Virus record (IMG/VR): IMGVR_UViG_3300018059_000546 | Source: a virus | DNA length: 64,000 nucleotides | Strand: one strand, 5' to 3' | Shown here: in pieces, positions 9,852-19,428 of the stretch | Numbering within the stretch: the stretch's first letter is position 1 | Layout of the letters: the number at the start of each line of letters is the position of its first letter | The notes under the pieces: model-generated | Databases searched by the model: none | Seen by the model: the letters and a program-made list of their open reading frames with translations, nothing else | Told to the model about the DNA's origin: nothing | Made by a program: the position numbers and the translations under genes

Positions 9852-10112
9852 TCAGTTCATGTCCTTTTTATCGATATCTTCCTCGATGGGGACGAAGAAC
9901 TCATCTTCTTCCGAGAAATTTCCTTGCTCGATCATGACCCGAGCGATCTCTTCTTGGCGAGCGAGGTAGGCTTTGATGTCCGCGATCTCAATTCGAAGCT
10001 CCTTCACATCCCGAGAAATTTCTCCGAGCAATCGAATGGTTTCTACGATGGAAGCTGCCTTGTTAACTGCAGCTTCGAAGGGCTTCAAAAATGCGCTTGT
10101 AAAGTGCTTCAA
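9852..10112 (-). CDS. hypothetical protein
   Basis: 86 aa, coiled coil, acidic tail ending KDMN. Confidence 0.6.
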   Translation of the reverse strand: MKHFTSAFLKPFEAAVNKAASIVETIRLLGEISRDVKELRIEIADIKAYLARQEEIARVMIEQGNFSEEDEFFVPIEEDIDKKDMN

Positions 10113-10131
10113 AATTTCTCCTGCTACCGAA

Positions 10132-10458
10132 TCACTGTCGCTTCTGTGGGTCGTGCTCGTCCAGCAAATCGTAAATTACATCCGAATCGGGAGTCGATAA
10201 ATTCTTCTCCTTCATCATGGTTGCTTTGAACGGTTTCCCACCCTGCTGCTCGATAGCATACTTGAGCTTTTCCTTGACGAGATCATCAACGATCTTTGTA
10301 GCACGATCATCTCCGTTGACTAAAAGGATCGCAAAGTGTTCAAAGAGCTCCTGAAGAGAGAGGTCTTTACGAAAGACGAAGACTCGAAGTTCTGCGACGA
10401 GATCTTTGTTCAATCTCGTTGACAACCGTTTGGTAGAAGCTAACCAGTCCTTCTTCAT
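10132..10458 (-). CDS. hypothetical protein (possible ribbon-helix-helix)
   Basis: RLSTRLNKDLVAELRV...LSLQELFE pattern. Confidence 0.55.
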   Translation of the reverse strand: MKKDWLASTKRLSTRLNKDLVAELRVFVFRKDLSLQELFEHFAILLVNGDDRATKIVDDLVKEKLKYAIEQQGGKPFKATMMKEKNLSTPDSDVIYDLLDEHDPQKRQ

Positions 10459-10460
10459 AC

Positions 10461-10919
10461 TTACGCCGGCGGAGCTCCGCCGATCGCGCCGCTCGGATCC
10501 GGGCCGCCGTCCTTGCTGAGAGGAACTGCGGAGGCGTCCACCGAGCTGGACTGGTAGGAAGGATCGGAACTGACTCCGAACGCGTCCTCAAGCATGCGCA
10601 ATACCTCTTTCGACACCTTTTCATCGTATGCCTTTGTGAGATAGTTTGCAACTCGACGAACAAGAGTACCCTTGAGATCCAGCTGGTCCTCGATGTGATC
10701 CGCCATGATTGCAAGGTCACTTACGAATTTCTCCATCTGGAGCTGTCCGTCCTTGCCCTTGGCGCTCTTGTCGAAGCTGGCGATAGAATGATCCATAGCA
10801 AGGTCGAGAGAATCACCGGACATCTGGTTGATGTCAGTGTCCTTTCGTTGCGGAACGGATTCCATTTCGAGCATGACGAACTCACGAATGAGTTTTTCAA
10901 CTTCCCTTTTGTTGCTCAT
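10461..10919 (-). CDS. hypothetical protein with N-terminal EKLIREFVMLE motif
   Basis: ATGA-coupled to the SOD gene. Confidence 0.65.
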   Translation of the reverse strand: MSNKREVEKLIREFVMLEMESVPQRKDTDINQMSGDSLDLAMDHSIASFDKSAKGKDGQLQMEKFVSDLAIMADHIEDQLDLKGTLVRRVANYLTKAYDEKVSKEVLRMLEDAFGVSSDPSYQSSSVDASAVPLSKDGGPDPSGAIGGAPPA

Positions 10920-11644
10920 TTCATCACCTTCACAAGAACGTCGATCTTCTTGAAGCGTTCCTCAATCAACTCCCAGTTTAATTCTCTCATGCAAGCTACC
11001 AAATAGCTTTTTCTATCGTTAAGATAGTCACGAGAAAACGCATGTTCCCACATGTCGACGACCAGGACGGGAATGAATCCAATCATCACGTCCGTCGAGT
11101 GATCTGTCACGAAAACATTGAGATATCTCTTATGGTAGAGGCTGTACCCGCAGACGACCCAACCGTTTCCTCGACCCGTCAGACCGACGTTCTGGAAATC
11201 CATCTGCCAACGATTGAAATCTCCCCAATCTGCCTGAAGTCGGATGTAGGAAAGCATGTCCTGAAAGAGTTCGGAATTCTGATCGAAGCAGTTCGAGAAG
11301 AACAGCTCGTGGAGATTCACGGCGTTAGAGAGCCGAATCTCCTCCTGCTTCAATCCCGAAAACTTTAGGCGACCGCCGGGGTTCGAAATGTCGACGGCGT
11401 CCAGTTGGGCGCTGACCGAATTCAGCTGTTCGATGTAAGACTTGTACAGCTCGTCATGGGCGTCCTTGCAGTCCTGGGACGTGAAATCCGTCGCCTGCCG
11501 GAAGGGTTTTGGCAGAGCCACATACGCCTCGGTGACAGGGCGACGGGGCTCTCCCATGATCTTCTGGTGGGCTTCGTCCAAGGCAACCTTGACGATGGAG
11601 TCGAGGTCTAATCCTGCCATGAGATCTTTGATATCTTTTTTCAT
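10916..11644 (-). CDS. Fe/Mn superoxide dismutase family protein
   Basis: Four ligands in AHDELY, LHELFF and DMWEHAF; GWVV motif; about 40-aa N-terminal extension. Confidence 0.88.
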   Translation of the reverse strand: MKKDIKDLMAGLDLDSIVKVALDEAHQKIMGEPRRPVTEAYVALPKPFRQATDFTSQDCKDAHDELYKSYIEQLNSVSAQLDAVDISNPGGRLKFSGLKQEEIRLSNAVNLHELFFSNCFDQNSELFQDMLSYIRLQADWGDFNRWQMDFQNVGLTGRGNGWVVCGYSLYHKRYLNVFVTDHSTDVMIGFIPVLVVDMWEHAFSRDYLNDRKSYLVACMRELNWELIEERFKKIDVLVKVMK

Positions 11645-11907
11645 TGGAGATTAAATTCCTTCTCGATCTGGTCCCACGGAATGTTGACATTCTGTCCCAG
11701 GGGGTCTTCGAGGACCGCGCCTCCGTTGCCGACCGATACGATCGTGAAGAGATTTCCCTCTTTATCCACGATCTTCAGACCGGCGGTGACCATGGGCTTA
11801 CCGTCACGGACGAAAGAAACCTCGGAAAGAGCGGACTCCTTGATCTTGGCCCACTCCTCCCTCATAATTTTGACTATGGCTCGATCGTTGAGAACCCTAT
11901 TGGACAT
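11641..11907 (-). CDS. hypothetical protein with IVKIMREE motif
   Basis: Start revised to ATG 11907, TAGTTA motif upstream. Confidence 0.6.
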   Translation of the reverse strand: MSNRVLNDRAIVKIMREEWAKIKESALSEVSFVRDGKPMVTAGLKIVDKEGNLFTIVSVGNGGAVLEDPLGQNVNIPWDQIEKEFNLQ

Positions 11908-11923
11908 ATGACACCGGATATAA

Positions 11924-12355
11924 CTATCGAGTTCCAGAAATGTCCGACAGCTTAGACACCTCAATTCCAGCGTTCTTGAGGATCTGGACTCCTTCTAGAT
12001 CTCGGTACTCTTCATCGTAGACAACTCTGGAGATTCCAGCATTCACAATCATCCTGGCGCACCCTGCGCAAGGAGAAGCTGTCACATACATGGTTTTCTT
12101 CATGATATGATGAAATGGACATTTAATCAGGCAGTTCGCTTCAGCATGAATGAAATTACTTTTACCAGGTTCAAGGCTGGCGGGTTCGTTACTTCCTCCG
12201 ACAACCCCTCCGTTGTATCCAAGAGCAAGCATCGAGGCATTGTCGTCTGTCACAACGATCGCGCAAACTTGGAGCCTGTCATCAGGAGATCGATTTTTCG
12301 CAATGATTCTAGCTGTTTCCATCCATGTTTCTTCCCAACAGATTCTTTCTCTCAT
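11924..12355 (-). CDS. dCMP deaminase
   Basis: LGYNG, HAEANC and SPCAGC zinc motifs. Confidence 0.92.
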   Translation of the reverse strand: MRERICWEETWMETARIIAKNRSPDDRLQVCAIVVTDDNASMLALGYNGGVVGGSNEPASLEPGKSNFIHAEANCLIKCPFHHIMKKTMYVTASPCAGCARMIVNAGISRVVYDEEYRDLEGVQILKNAGIEVSKLSDISGTR

Positions 12356-12588
12356 TCGATTATTTTTACCTTAGTTGGTCCGTTTACGAAGATATGTTCC
12401 CACCAGAATTCTTCATGACCTTTATCGTCTGAAATTCCGAAGGCCCACCTGCACTCAGCTTGATTTTCGATGAATTTTTCCAGAACCTTCTTTTTTGGCT
12501 TGGTGAAGAAAACCCATGGGCCGTAGAACGTACCGTCAAAATCTGTCGCAGTAACTACCCAAACGCATGATATTTTCGTTTTCATCAA
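12352..12588 (-). CDS. hypothetical protein
   Basis: Coupled on both sides. Confidence 0.6.
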   Translation of the reverse strand: MMKTKISCVWVVTATDFDGTFYGPWVFFTKPKKKVLEKFIENQAECRWAFGISDDKGHEEFWWEHIFVNGPTKVKIIE

Positions 12589-13169
12589 ACAACCTTAGAA
12601 AAGAGGGGATGACAGCTAGCACATCGAGCCTCATACGTTTCAACCCCACCCACGAGAATGAAGTCCGAAGCGGCATCGGGCTTTCGATAAGTGAAACTGG
12701 CCGGCGCCTTGCAACAATGACAAACCGCCGTACATCTCTCAATCCGCGTAGTCCATGGCATGATCTTGCTGATCTCAGGAAACGGTTCCATGTGAGATCC
12801 CATGTCCAAGGAAGAGGCAAGGATGCTGAATCCGTTTCTATAGAGCCAAATCAATACGTCTGCAGCACCTTCGATCATGAACACTTCATCCACCAGAACG
12901 GTCGTGAGTTTCGGATCGATGTCTTCGAGGGCAAGAAGATGCTTTCCAAGATCCTCTCCATGTTCAACTAATTCAGCAGGAAGGGACACCATTCCACTAT
13001 GAGTCGTGATCTCGTTCTTAGAAAACCTATCGTCGATCCGGGGTTTGTAAGCTAGGATTCGGCGGCCCCTGTAAATGTGGTTCTGTGCTTCCAGAATGGC
13101 TCTGGAACTCTTTCCAGAGTACATGCAACCGGTAAACAATACGAATTCTGGATTCACACTCAGTGTCAT
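12585..13169 (-). CDS. tdk: thymidine kinase
   Basis: GCMYSGKS P-loop, KPRIDDR, VDEV, CxxC, GGVETYEARCASCH. Confidence 0.95.
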   Translation of the reverse strand: MTLSVNPEFVLFTGCMYSGKSSRAILEAQNHIYRGRRILAYKPRIDDRFSKNEITTHSGMVSLPAELVEHGEDLGKHLLALEDIDPKLTTVLVDEVFMIEGAADVLIWLYRNGFSILASSLDMGSHMEPFPEISKIMPWTTRIERCTAVCHCCKAPASFTYRKPDAASDFILVGGVETYEARCASCHPLFSKVV

Positions 13170-13507
13170 CAGTTCATGTCCTTGTCATCGTCATCGCTCA
13201 TAACAACGGGAGCTGAGAGCAGCTTTCCCTGAGAGTACAGATCGTCGTGTTCACTTGCAGCTTCACTCATCAATTCAGGATCTTCGAAGAACCTGAGCCA
13301 CGCTTGAAGCATCTGCCAACTATCTTCCTTAGAAACACCCACGAAAATGGACAGTTGAGAATGGTAGAAACTCTCTATGTACGATAGCCTTGTTTCCATA
13401 TCGTAGCAAAGTCTCTGCTCCCTCACGAGGAAACAATTCTGCTCCCGTTGGAGGGTGTAACCTTTGGTTGTCATATAAAGTTCCTTCCGTCGTATTTGAT
13501 CGTCCAA
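13169..13507 (-). CDS. hypothetical protein
   Basis: Acidic tail ending KDMN; true start may be later. Confidence 0.55.
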   Translation of the reverse strand: MDDQIRRKELYMTTKGYTLQREQNCFLVREQRLCYDMETRLSYIESFYHSQLSIFVGVSKEDSWQMLQAWLRFFEDPELMSEAASEHDDLYSQGKLLSAPVVMSDDDDKDMN

Positions 13508-13671
13508 TCGCCTTTGTAGTCTTGCACGATGTTAAAATTGTAGAGATGCTTGCCTCCAATAAGGTCTTCTAAGATCATCGAAATTTGTTCATCAGAAGCA
13601 GAGGTCAATGCACGCATGATTTCTGCAACGGCATCGTTTCTCGTAATTTCCATCGTCGAACGAGCACCCAT
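13471..13671 (-). CDS. hypothetical protein
   Basis: TAATG-coupled 66-aa ORF. Confidence 0.55.
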   Translation of the reverse strand: MGARSTMEITRNDAVAEIMRALTSASDEQISMILEDLIGGKHLYNFNIVQDYKGDWTIKYDGRNFI

Positions 13672-14177
13672 TATAGACTATCTACTTTCTTGCAATCAGA
13701 AAGATGGACTCTGAGTTTGCTCTTGTTGCTTTGGGGAACCTGACAAGCGGCATCGAACTCCACTCTAGAGATGTAGTAAACTTCGAACTCGTCCATTGAC
13801 GCATTGAACTTTACTCCGGCGAGTGCCGTGTATGCAGAGGACTTGTGGGTCGTTTCGGTGACCCAGATCTGATCGTATTCGGGAACCCACTTCGCATCGA
13901 TGAGTTCTCCCCCTTTTCCGACAAGATCGAAACCATCCTTCTGCTTACGGTCGCTTCCGAATTGCTCGCGCTTTTCATTCGCCGAGGCGTACCACTTCAA
14001 ACGACCTTCGACCTCACCGTAACGATAGATGAACGCGGCACATTCAGCATGAGCACCCTTGTTCTGTTCGACGAGGAAGTACTTCCTCTCCATCCACTCT
14101 TTGGGATACAGTCCCTTACGAACCCATTCCACGACGGATTTCTCCACGAACTCTGATGTCATCGACGAATATTTCAT
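13671..14177 (-). CDS. putative PD-(D/E)xK nuclease-fold protein
   Basis: GAHAE...DGFDL...IDAK pattern. Confidence 0.5.
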   Translation of the reverse strand: MKYSSMTSEFVEKSVVEWVRKGLYPKEWMERKYFLVEQNKGAHAECAAFIYRYGEVEGRLKWYASANEKREQFGSDRKQKDGFDLVGKGGELIDAKWVPEYDQIWVTETTHKSSAYTALAGVKFNASMDEFEVYYISRVEFDAACQVPQSNKSKLRVHLSDCKKVDSL

Positions 14178-14178
14178 T

Positions 14179-15210
14179 CTAGTCTTTCAAAATGTGAGGT
14201 GTTCCCTCGATTGTACCATGAGACGTCTGTCTCATCCAACGAACTCGCAACATCTCTTCCAGGGTCTTGGCTCCAGCGTAACTCATTCCGCTTTTCAATC
14301 CTGCCGTGAGATCTTCAACCTTACCCTTCACAGATCCGGTCGAGAGGACGACAGCGTCGATTCCTTCTGCAAGAGCGGATGAACCGATTCTTTGACGAGT
14401 CGAGGCGGACGACATACCTCGATACTGCTTGACATAAATCGGCTGAATAGACGTCGAACTTACTACGCTGTCTTCTTCGCCGGGAGTTTCGGACGATCCG
14501 GCCAAGAGCCTGCCGACCATCACACCTGTGGCTCCAGCTACCATGGCTTTCACGATGTCACCCGAAGTTCGAATGCCGCCGTCGGCGACCACTTCAAGTT
14601 GGCTTGATCGAGCGGCCTTAGAACATTCAAGGATGGATGTGAACATCGGAACTCCAAATCCGGTCACCAATCGAGTCGTGCAGATGCTTCCACCACCGAC
14701 TCCCACCTTCACAGCATCGGCTCCCCAGCGCTTAGCAGCATGAACGGCACCTTCGGTGGCGATATTTCCCACCATGATCTTCACCGTGTCACCGAACTCT
14801 TTTCTCAAGCGTTCGACGACGTCCTTGACAAGCACGCTGTGGCCGTGAGCGATGTCGATGACGAATCGTCGGGCTCCTTCTGAATAGAGTGCCTCAGCTC
14901 GGGACCACCAATCGTTCGCACCGATAGACACGAGACACTCAGCACCAGTGATTCGAACGGCCCGATATTCCTCGCAGTTCTTCTCAACATTCATGAACCG
15001 ATGGAGAACTCCCAAACCGCCAGATTCCCACATAGCGATCGCCATCTTCGATTCCGTGATGGTGTCCATGTTAGCAGAAAGAATGGGCGTTTCGAGATCT
15101 AGTCCCATGATCGAACAGCGAGGACTCGGATCCTTACGAGATCTGATCTCAGAATATTCCGGGCAAAGTGTTATGTCATCATACGCTAGAGCAAAGTCTT
15201 GTATACTCAC
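14179..15210 (-). CDS. IMP dehydrogenase / GMP reductase family (no CBS domain)
   Basis: YDDI, SANMDT, IDIAHGHS, GVGGGSICTTR, ADGGI, YRGMSS. Confidence 0.93.
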   Translation of the reverse strand: MSIQDFALAYDDITLCPEYSEIRSRKDPSPRCSIMGLDLETPILSANMDTITESKMAIAMWESGGLGVLHRFMNVEKNCEEYRAVRITGAECLVSIGANDWWSRAEALYSEGARRFVIDIAHGHSVLVKDVVERLRKEFGDTVKIMVGNIATEGAVHAAKRWGADAVKVGVGGGSICTTRLVTGFGVPMFTSILECSKAARSSQLEVVADGGIRTSGDIVKAMVAGATGVMVGRLLAGSSETPGEEDSVVSSTSIQPIYVKQYRGMSSASTRQRIGSSALAEGIDAVVLSTGSVKGKVEDLTAGLKSGMSYAGAKTLEEMLRVRWMRQTSHGTIEGTPHILKD

Positions 15211-15269
15211 TGTACTTCCTTGTCAGTTCGATTTGAAGATCTGTACGAAGGTGAGAAAATTGTCAGAGT

Positions 15270-15623
15270 TCATGTTCTTCCGTAATCGTCCTGGTGGCGC
15301 ACAACATCATCGAGCTCTGGAGTCGAGACTTCGAAGACTGTGCAAGTTTCGAGCGCTTCCATTCGGTGGATCTGTCCGGGCAGCACGCGGACGCTATCTC
15401 CTGCGACTAGCTCCATGACGTGAAGTCCTGTGTCCTTCTCATCGAGAAAAAAACGCATCCGCCCTTCTTGGAGGTAGATAGTTTCATCCTTGACGTTGTG
15501 GTGTTGCAGGCTGAGCTTGTGTCCCGCGTTGATGTACAAAATCTTTCCGACGTACTTGTCGGTGGAAGCCCAGAGGATCTCGTACCCCCACGGTTTAGAA
15601 ACTGTTCCTTGAACTAACTTCAT
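15270..15623 (-). CDS. cupin (mannose-6-phosphate isomerase type II-like)
   Basis: KPWGYE, LSLQHHNVKDE, IHRM, EVSTPELDDVVR. Confidence 0.88.
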   Translation of the reverse strand: MKLVQGTVSKPWGYEILWASTDKYVGKILYINAGHKLSLQHHNVKDETIYLQEGRMRFFLDEKDTGLHVMELVAGDSVRVLPGQIHRMEALETCTVFEVSTPELDDVVRHQDDYGRT

Positions 15624-15951
15624 CTTCCCATTCCTTCCCCAGGTAACGAATTTCGACGGGTCGACCTTCCTTCTTGGCTCGTTCGACTCCACCCTCCATT
15701 CCTCGGCTCATCCCGAGATCGGCATAGACGACTGTCATTTCCGCGACAGGACCCCAGGCCAGCGCAGCTTCGATTCCGAGAGTTCGTTGTTCCGGAATCG
15801 TATCGTCTAAAACTCCCGGTTGCGTGTACAAGAGATGGGAGATCATAGGAGCTTCTCCTCGATTGAGGCAATCTTTCGCAGCACATCGGGCGTACGCGAT
15901 GTTCTTCTTGGTGTCTCCTGCGAAGGGAGACTCTAGGATGACTCTCTTCAT
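15595..15951 (-). CDS. conserved phage protein, nucleoside-deoxyribosyltransferase-like fold
   Basis: VILESPFAG, RGEAP..SHLLY, VYADLGMSRGM motifs. Confidence 0.6.
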   Translation of the reverse strand: MKRVILESPFAGDTKKNIAYARCAAKDCLNRGEAPMISHLLYTQPGVLDDTIPEQRTLGIEAALAWGPVAEMTVVYADLGMSRGMEGGVERAKKEGRPVEIRYLGKEWEDEVSSRNSF

Positions 15952-15973
15952 TGAGATAGTTTCTTCGTCTTTT

Positions 15974-16789
15974 TCATTCTGTCTCCGTTAGCCATTTGGT
16001 GAATTTGAACTCCTGCGGAACTGGTATGTAGTTCTTGTCGCGACCATATCGTTCGGGCCTTCGTAGAAAATCTACTTCTTCGTGGCCAGAAATCCGAGGG
16101 CACTCGATAGGTTCGAACTTGTCGCCATCCAGGATTTTCTGAAGAAGTTCAAAATGACGTTCGTACACGTGGAACGAATCTGCGATGTGAAAGTAATTTC
16201 CGTACTGCAAATTTGGATACGCCGCCTTCATCGTGTTGAACATCATCTCATGGATGAAGCTGAAAGCCGGCGCGTCGTTCCCCATTCCGAAAACAGCATC
16301 CTGCGAGCGCATGTGAACGCTCATATTGAGAACGTCGTTTCGAATTCTGAAATTGATAGAGTACGTGCAGGGCACGTCATTAGTATCCGAAAGGAGATGT
16401 TCTCTCGATAGAATCGAAATGCTAGCGCGGCGAGTGTCTTTGTCGCTTATCAAGGACTCGACGCACTTGTCGAACTGGCTAATTTCACCGAATACGTACT
16501 GACCGTAGTTCGAGTTGATAGATCCGTCCTTGTTGACGACATCTCTCCAAATCTTCGCATGCTCGCAGATGGACGTATCGAATCGATCACCCTTCAAATA
16601 CCAAAGGAACTCCCTTTTGCAATATGGAAGACTTAGTTTCCTCGAAGAGAAATTTTGAAATCTAACATAGGGAGGAAGTTCGTAGTTGAAATTTTCGACT
16701 TCAATCACCAATTGATTTCGGGGCGCAACTTTCTGTCCGTGTTTTGACAAGCGATCGAATATCGATCGAAAAACAATCTCATCATTCAT
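15974..16789 (-). CDS. thymidylate-synthase-family dCMP hydroxymethylase (T4 gp42-like)
   Basis: NSNYG, DTRRA, DVPCT catalytic Cys, MRSQDAVFGMGND (Asp at the specificity position, as in gp42 RSNDVVFGFRND), SFHVYERH. Confidence 0.82.
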   Translation of the reverse strand: MNDEIVFRSIFDRLSKHGQKVAPRNQLVIEVENFNYELPPYVRFQNFSSRKLSLPYCKREFLWYLKGDRFDTSICEHAKIWRDVVNKDGSINSNYGQYVFGEISQFDKCVESLISDKDTRRASISILSREHLLSDTNDVPCTYSINFRIRNDVLNMSVHMRSQDAVFGMGNDAPAFSFIHEMMFNTMKAAYPNLQYGNYFHIADSFHVYERHFELLQKILDGDKFEPIECPRISGHEEVDFLRRPERYGRDKNYIPVPQEFKFTKWLTETE

Positions 16790-17730
16790 GCGCAAAACCT
16801 TTCTAGAAAAACTGACTTGTCAGGTTGGTGGTTGAATTCGACATCTGTTATTCGAACTAACTTCAAAATCTTCTTCGCAAACCAATCGTTCTGACTTTGA
16901 TCAGTCTTCCATTTTTGGAGGATCTTTTTATCACGCAAAGAAGAACTTTGTTCGATTTCTAGAATTGGTCTATCAAGTCCATGCCAATAAACTCCGTCAA
17001 ATTGGACGTAGCAATTAGTGGGTTTGATATAGAAATCAATAGGCCAACGACCGTTTACAACGACAGAGCGTTGTATATCAACTACTTCAAAATGTTTCAA
17101 CAAGAATTCGTAAAACTTTTCTTCGTCCTTCGAAGAATGAATTGGTTGAGTTTCTAAAAGAGTTTGGAATCTTCTGGCGTTTACTTCGGGAGTGTGGCCC
17201 ATCTTAATGGTTGTTGGGAGCTGTAAGATACAATCTACTCCGTAATCTCTTTGAACAGTTTCTTTACGTTTTTGTGCTGCGACAACCGAAGACGTTGCTT
17301 TAATGGCTCTTTCAAGAACAGAAGCAATTTCAAATGGCGTGCGTACACCGTGATTTTTCAAAAAAGTTGTTTGAGATTTTTCAACAATTTCAGGAAGTTT
17401 AAACGGGTGGTCGACTCCGTATAGTTCTATCCATGTCGCTTTGCGATTTTCCTTTGCATTTTCAGAAATGCAACTTTCTCTAACGTGAGGAATTAGAGTG
17501 GGTTCTTCAACCCCATATTCTCTCAACAAAGTTGACTTCATCTTTTCTCGAAGCGGTTGTCCTTTGCGGTAACCGATCTTTTTGCACTCTTTTGAACAAA
17601 AATGTATAGCGTCTATACCCCCACTAGCATAGTGAGGTCGTTCAAAGTTTGTTTTGCAGATTTCGCACTTTAGGACGACGACGATTCGTTTTCGAGCAGA
17701 ATTAGTTTGTCGATATTCAACTACGCTCAT
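16786..17730 (-). mobile_element. homing endonuclease, Vsr/DUF559-like C-terminal domain with YGV repeats
   Basis: CxxC/FCSxxC, YGV repeats, WPIDFYI..VQFDGVYWHGLDRP; AT-rich. Confidence 0.8.
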
Positions 17731-18662
17731 TCTTTATCACCGAACATCCACTGCCGGGTCTTCTCTACACCCTCCCAGAAGGGGACCAAGACCTTGTATC
17801 CGAGCACGTCCTGGGCTCTTGAGATGTCTGCTCTTGTTCTAAAAACGTCGCCCTTGCGAGCAGGAGCATTTACAACTTGACAATTGGAATAGCGTTCACG
17901 AAACCATGCAAGAATTTCGTTGTTCGTTACGATCGTCCCAGTTCCTGCATTAAACGCTTCTCCTACAAATTTTCCTTCGTAGATAGCGCATCGATACATG
18001 ATGTCGACGACATTGTCGACGTATGTTACGTCGCGAGATTGTTCCCCCGTTCCGTCTGAACGAAGTTGACGCCCATCTTTTACAGCACCGAACCATGCAG
18101 CAACAGCCGTAGCGTAAGGACTATCTCCACGACTATTCGGACCGAACACATTGAATGGTCGAACCGAAACCGTGTCCATCCCGTACAATTCTGAAAACAG
18201 CTTACAATATTGTTCTGTAACGCTCTTTTGTAGCGCATACGGCGACGACGGAGCATGAATCGTATGTTCGGGCGTCGGAAGTCTGGTAGCGTTTCCGTAC
18301 ACCGACGAGGAGGACGTATTGACAAAACGGCGGATATTTCCTCTGGCGGCTTCCATCAATTTCAGAGTTTTGCTGACGTTCGTATCGTTTGTTTCGAACG
18401 GATGTTCGACGGAATACCCAACCCGAGGTTTCGCTGCAAGGTGAAAAATGACGTCGAATTTCTTAGCTCGAACCATATCGCAGACGAAATCGGAGGCGAA
18501 ATCCTGGATGTAGTAGTTCTCGAATCCTTCAGGGAGGAACCCGATTTCTCCCGCAGACATGTCGTCTACGCCAGTTACGTCCCATCCCTCATCAAGCATT
18601 CTCTTCGTGAGGTTACTCCCGATGAATCCTGCACAGCCCGTGATCAAACAGCGTCTAAGCAT
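17727..18662 (-). CDS. NAD-dependent nucleotide-sugar epimerase/dehydratase (extended SDR)
   Basis: TGCAGFIG, HLAA, SSSSVYG, YALQK, RPFNVFGP. Confidence 0.93.
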   Translation of the reverse strand: MLRRCLITGCAGFIGSNLTKRMLDEGWDVTGVDDMSAGEIGFLPEGFENYYIQDFASDFVCDMVRAKKFDVIFHLAAKPRVGYSVEHPFETNDTNVSKTLKLMEAARGNIRRFVNTSSSSVYGNATRLPTPEHTIHAPSSPYALQKSVTEQYCKLFSELYGMDTVSVRPFNVFGPNSRGDSPYATAVAAWFGAVKDGRQLRSDGTGEQSRDVTYVDNVVDIMYRCAIYEGKFVGEAFNAGTGTIVTNNEILAWFRERYSNCQVVNAPARKGDVFRTRADISRAQDVLGYKVLVPFWEGVEKTRQWMFGDKE

Positions 18663-18958
18663 TTTTCCTCTTTAGTTGTTTTAATCGATTTTTTCAAAGA
18701 TTGAAATTCCAATCGTCCTTCTGTGCAACTGCCGTATATTCGATAGCAAATGCATATCACTCCAGAAGAAGTCAAAGCAATAATTCGATACGTGTCAAGA
18801 GAAGACCAGTTGTAACCTTTCTCGACCGGAAAAACTTCGACGATCGTAATCTGTTCGTCCAAAAACGAAAAATTAGGACCGTCGTAATCTTCTAAAGACT
18901 TCACGATCACCGGAGTATAGCTCTCGGTGCATCCTAATTTCCTCAATGTGGTGATCAT
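18644..18958 (-). CDS. hypothetical protein
   Basis: ATGA-coupled. Confidence 0.55.
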   Translation of the reverse strand: MITTLRKLGCTESYTPVIVKSLEDYDGPNFSFLDEQITIVEVFPVEKGYNWSSLDTYRIIALTSSGVICICYRIYGSCTEGRLEFQSLKKSIKTTKEEKCLDAV

Positions 18959-19191
18959 TTCTCTTCTCCCAAATCCAAGACCTTGAATGTCCCGTAATAG
19001 CTCGTTTGCACCTGTTTCTTGCCGTAGCGAGTCATCATTCCCTTGCGCACAGCAAAGTCCTCAGGTTTGAGGAAGACCTTCGATACTTGTAATGGAACGT
19101 ACGCGTAACCTGCGTTTGGCATGCGTGTAGCTTTGCGTTTTCTAAACCTTCGGAAGAACGCAAGAACTGCTCTGCAATACTTTCGAAACAT
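18955..19191 (-). CDS. small protein resembling the C-terminal segment of gp23-type major capsid protein
   Basis: GYAYVPLQVS..F..PEDFAVRKGMMTRYGKK.V...YYG. Confidence 0.7.
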   Translation of the reverse strand: MFRKYCRAVLAFFRRFRKRKATRMPNAGYAYVPLQVSKVFLKPEDFAVRKGMMTRYGKKQVQTSYYGTFKVLDLGEEK

Positions 19192-19206
19192 CTTCTACAA
19201 TATACC

Positions 19207-19428
19207 TCAGTGGTCGCTCAAACAGTCGCAACAAAAACATTCTCCGCCCCACATCCCCAGGTCGTCACCGTCAGGATGACTATCAATATCAGGTCCCGGA
19301 ATGTGATTTAGAATTGCGTACAACATCGTATCTAAAAACTCTCCGTTCCACTTACGATCCCAAGCGTAGGAAATTCTAGCTTCTACACTGGGAGCATCCT
19401 TTGGCCAACATATGGTGGTCAATTCCAC
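19207..19428 (-). CDS. hypothetical protein, Cys-rich C-terminus
   Basis: 73-aa ORF ending ECFCCDCLSDH. Confidence 0.55.
   Translation of the reverse strand: MELTTICWPKDAPSVEARISYAWDRKWNGEFLDTMLYAILNHIPGPDIDSHPDGDDLGMWGGECFCCDCLSDH

Noticed and set aside
15974-16789. Calling the TS-family gene thyA
   Set aside because: It has Asp at the specificity position and gp42-like motifs, and a separate ThyX is present.
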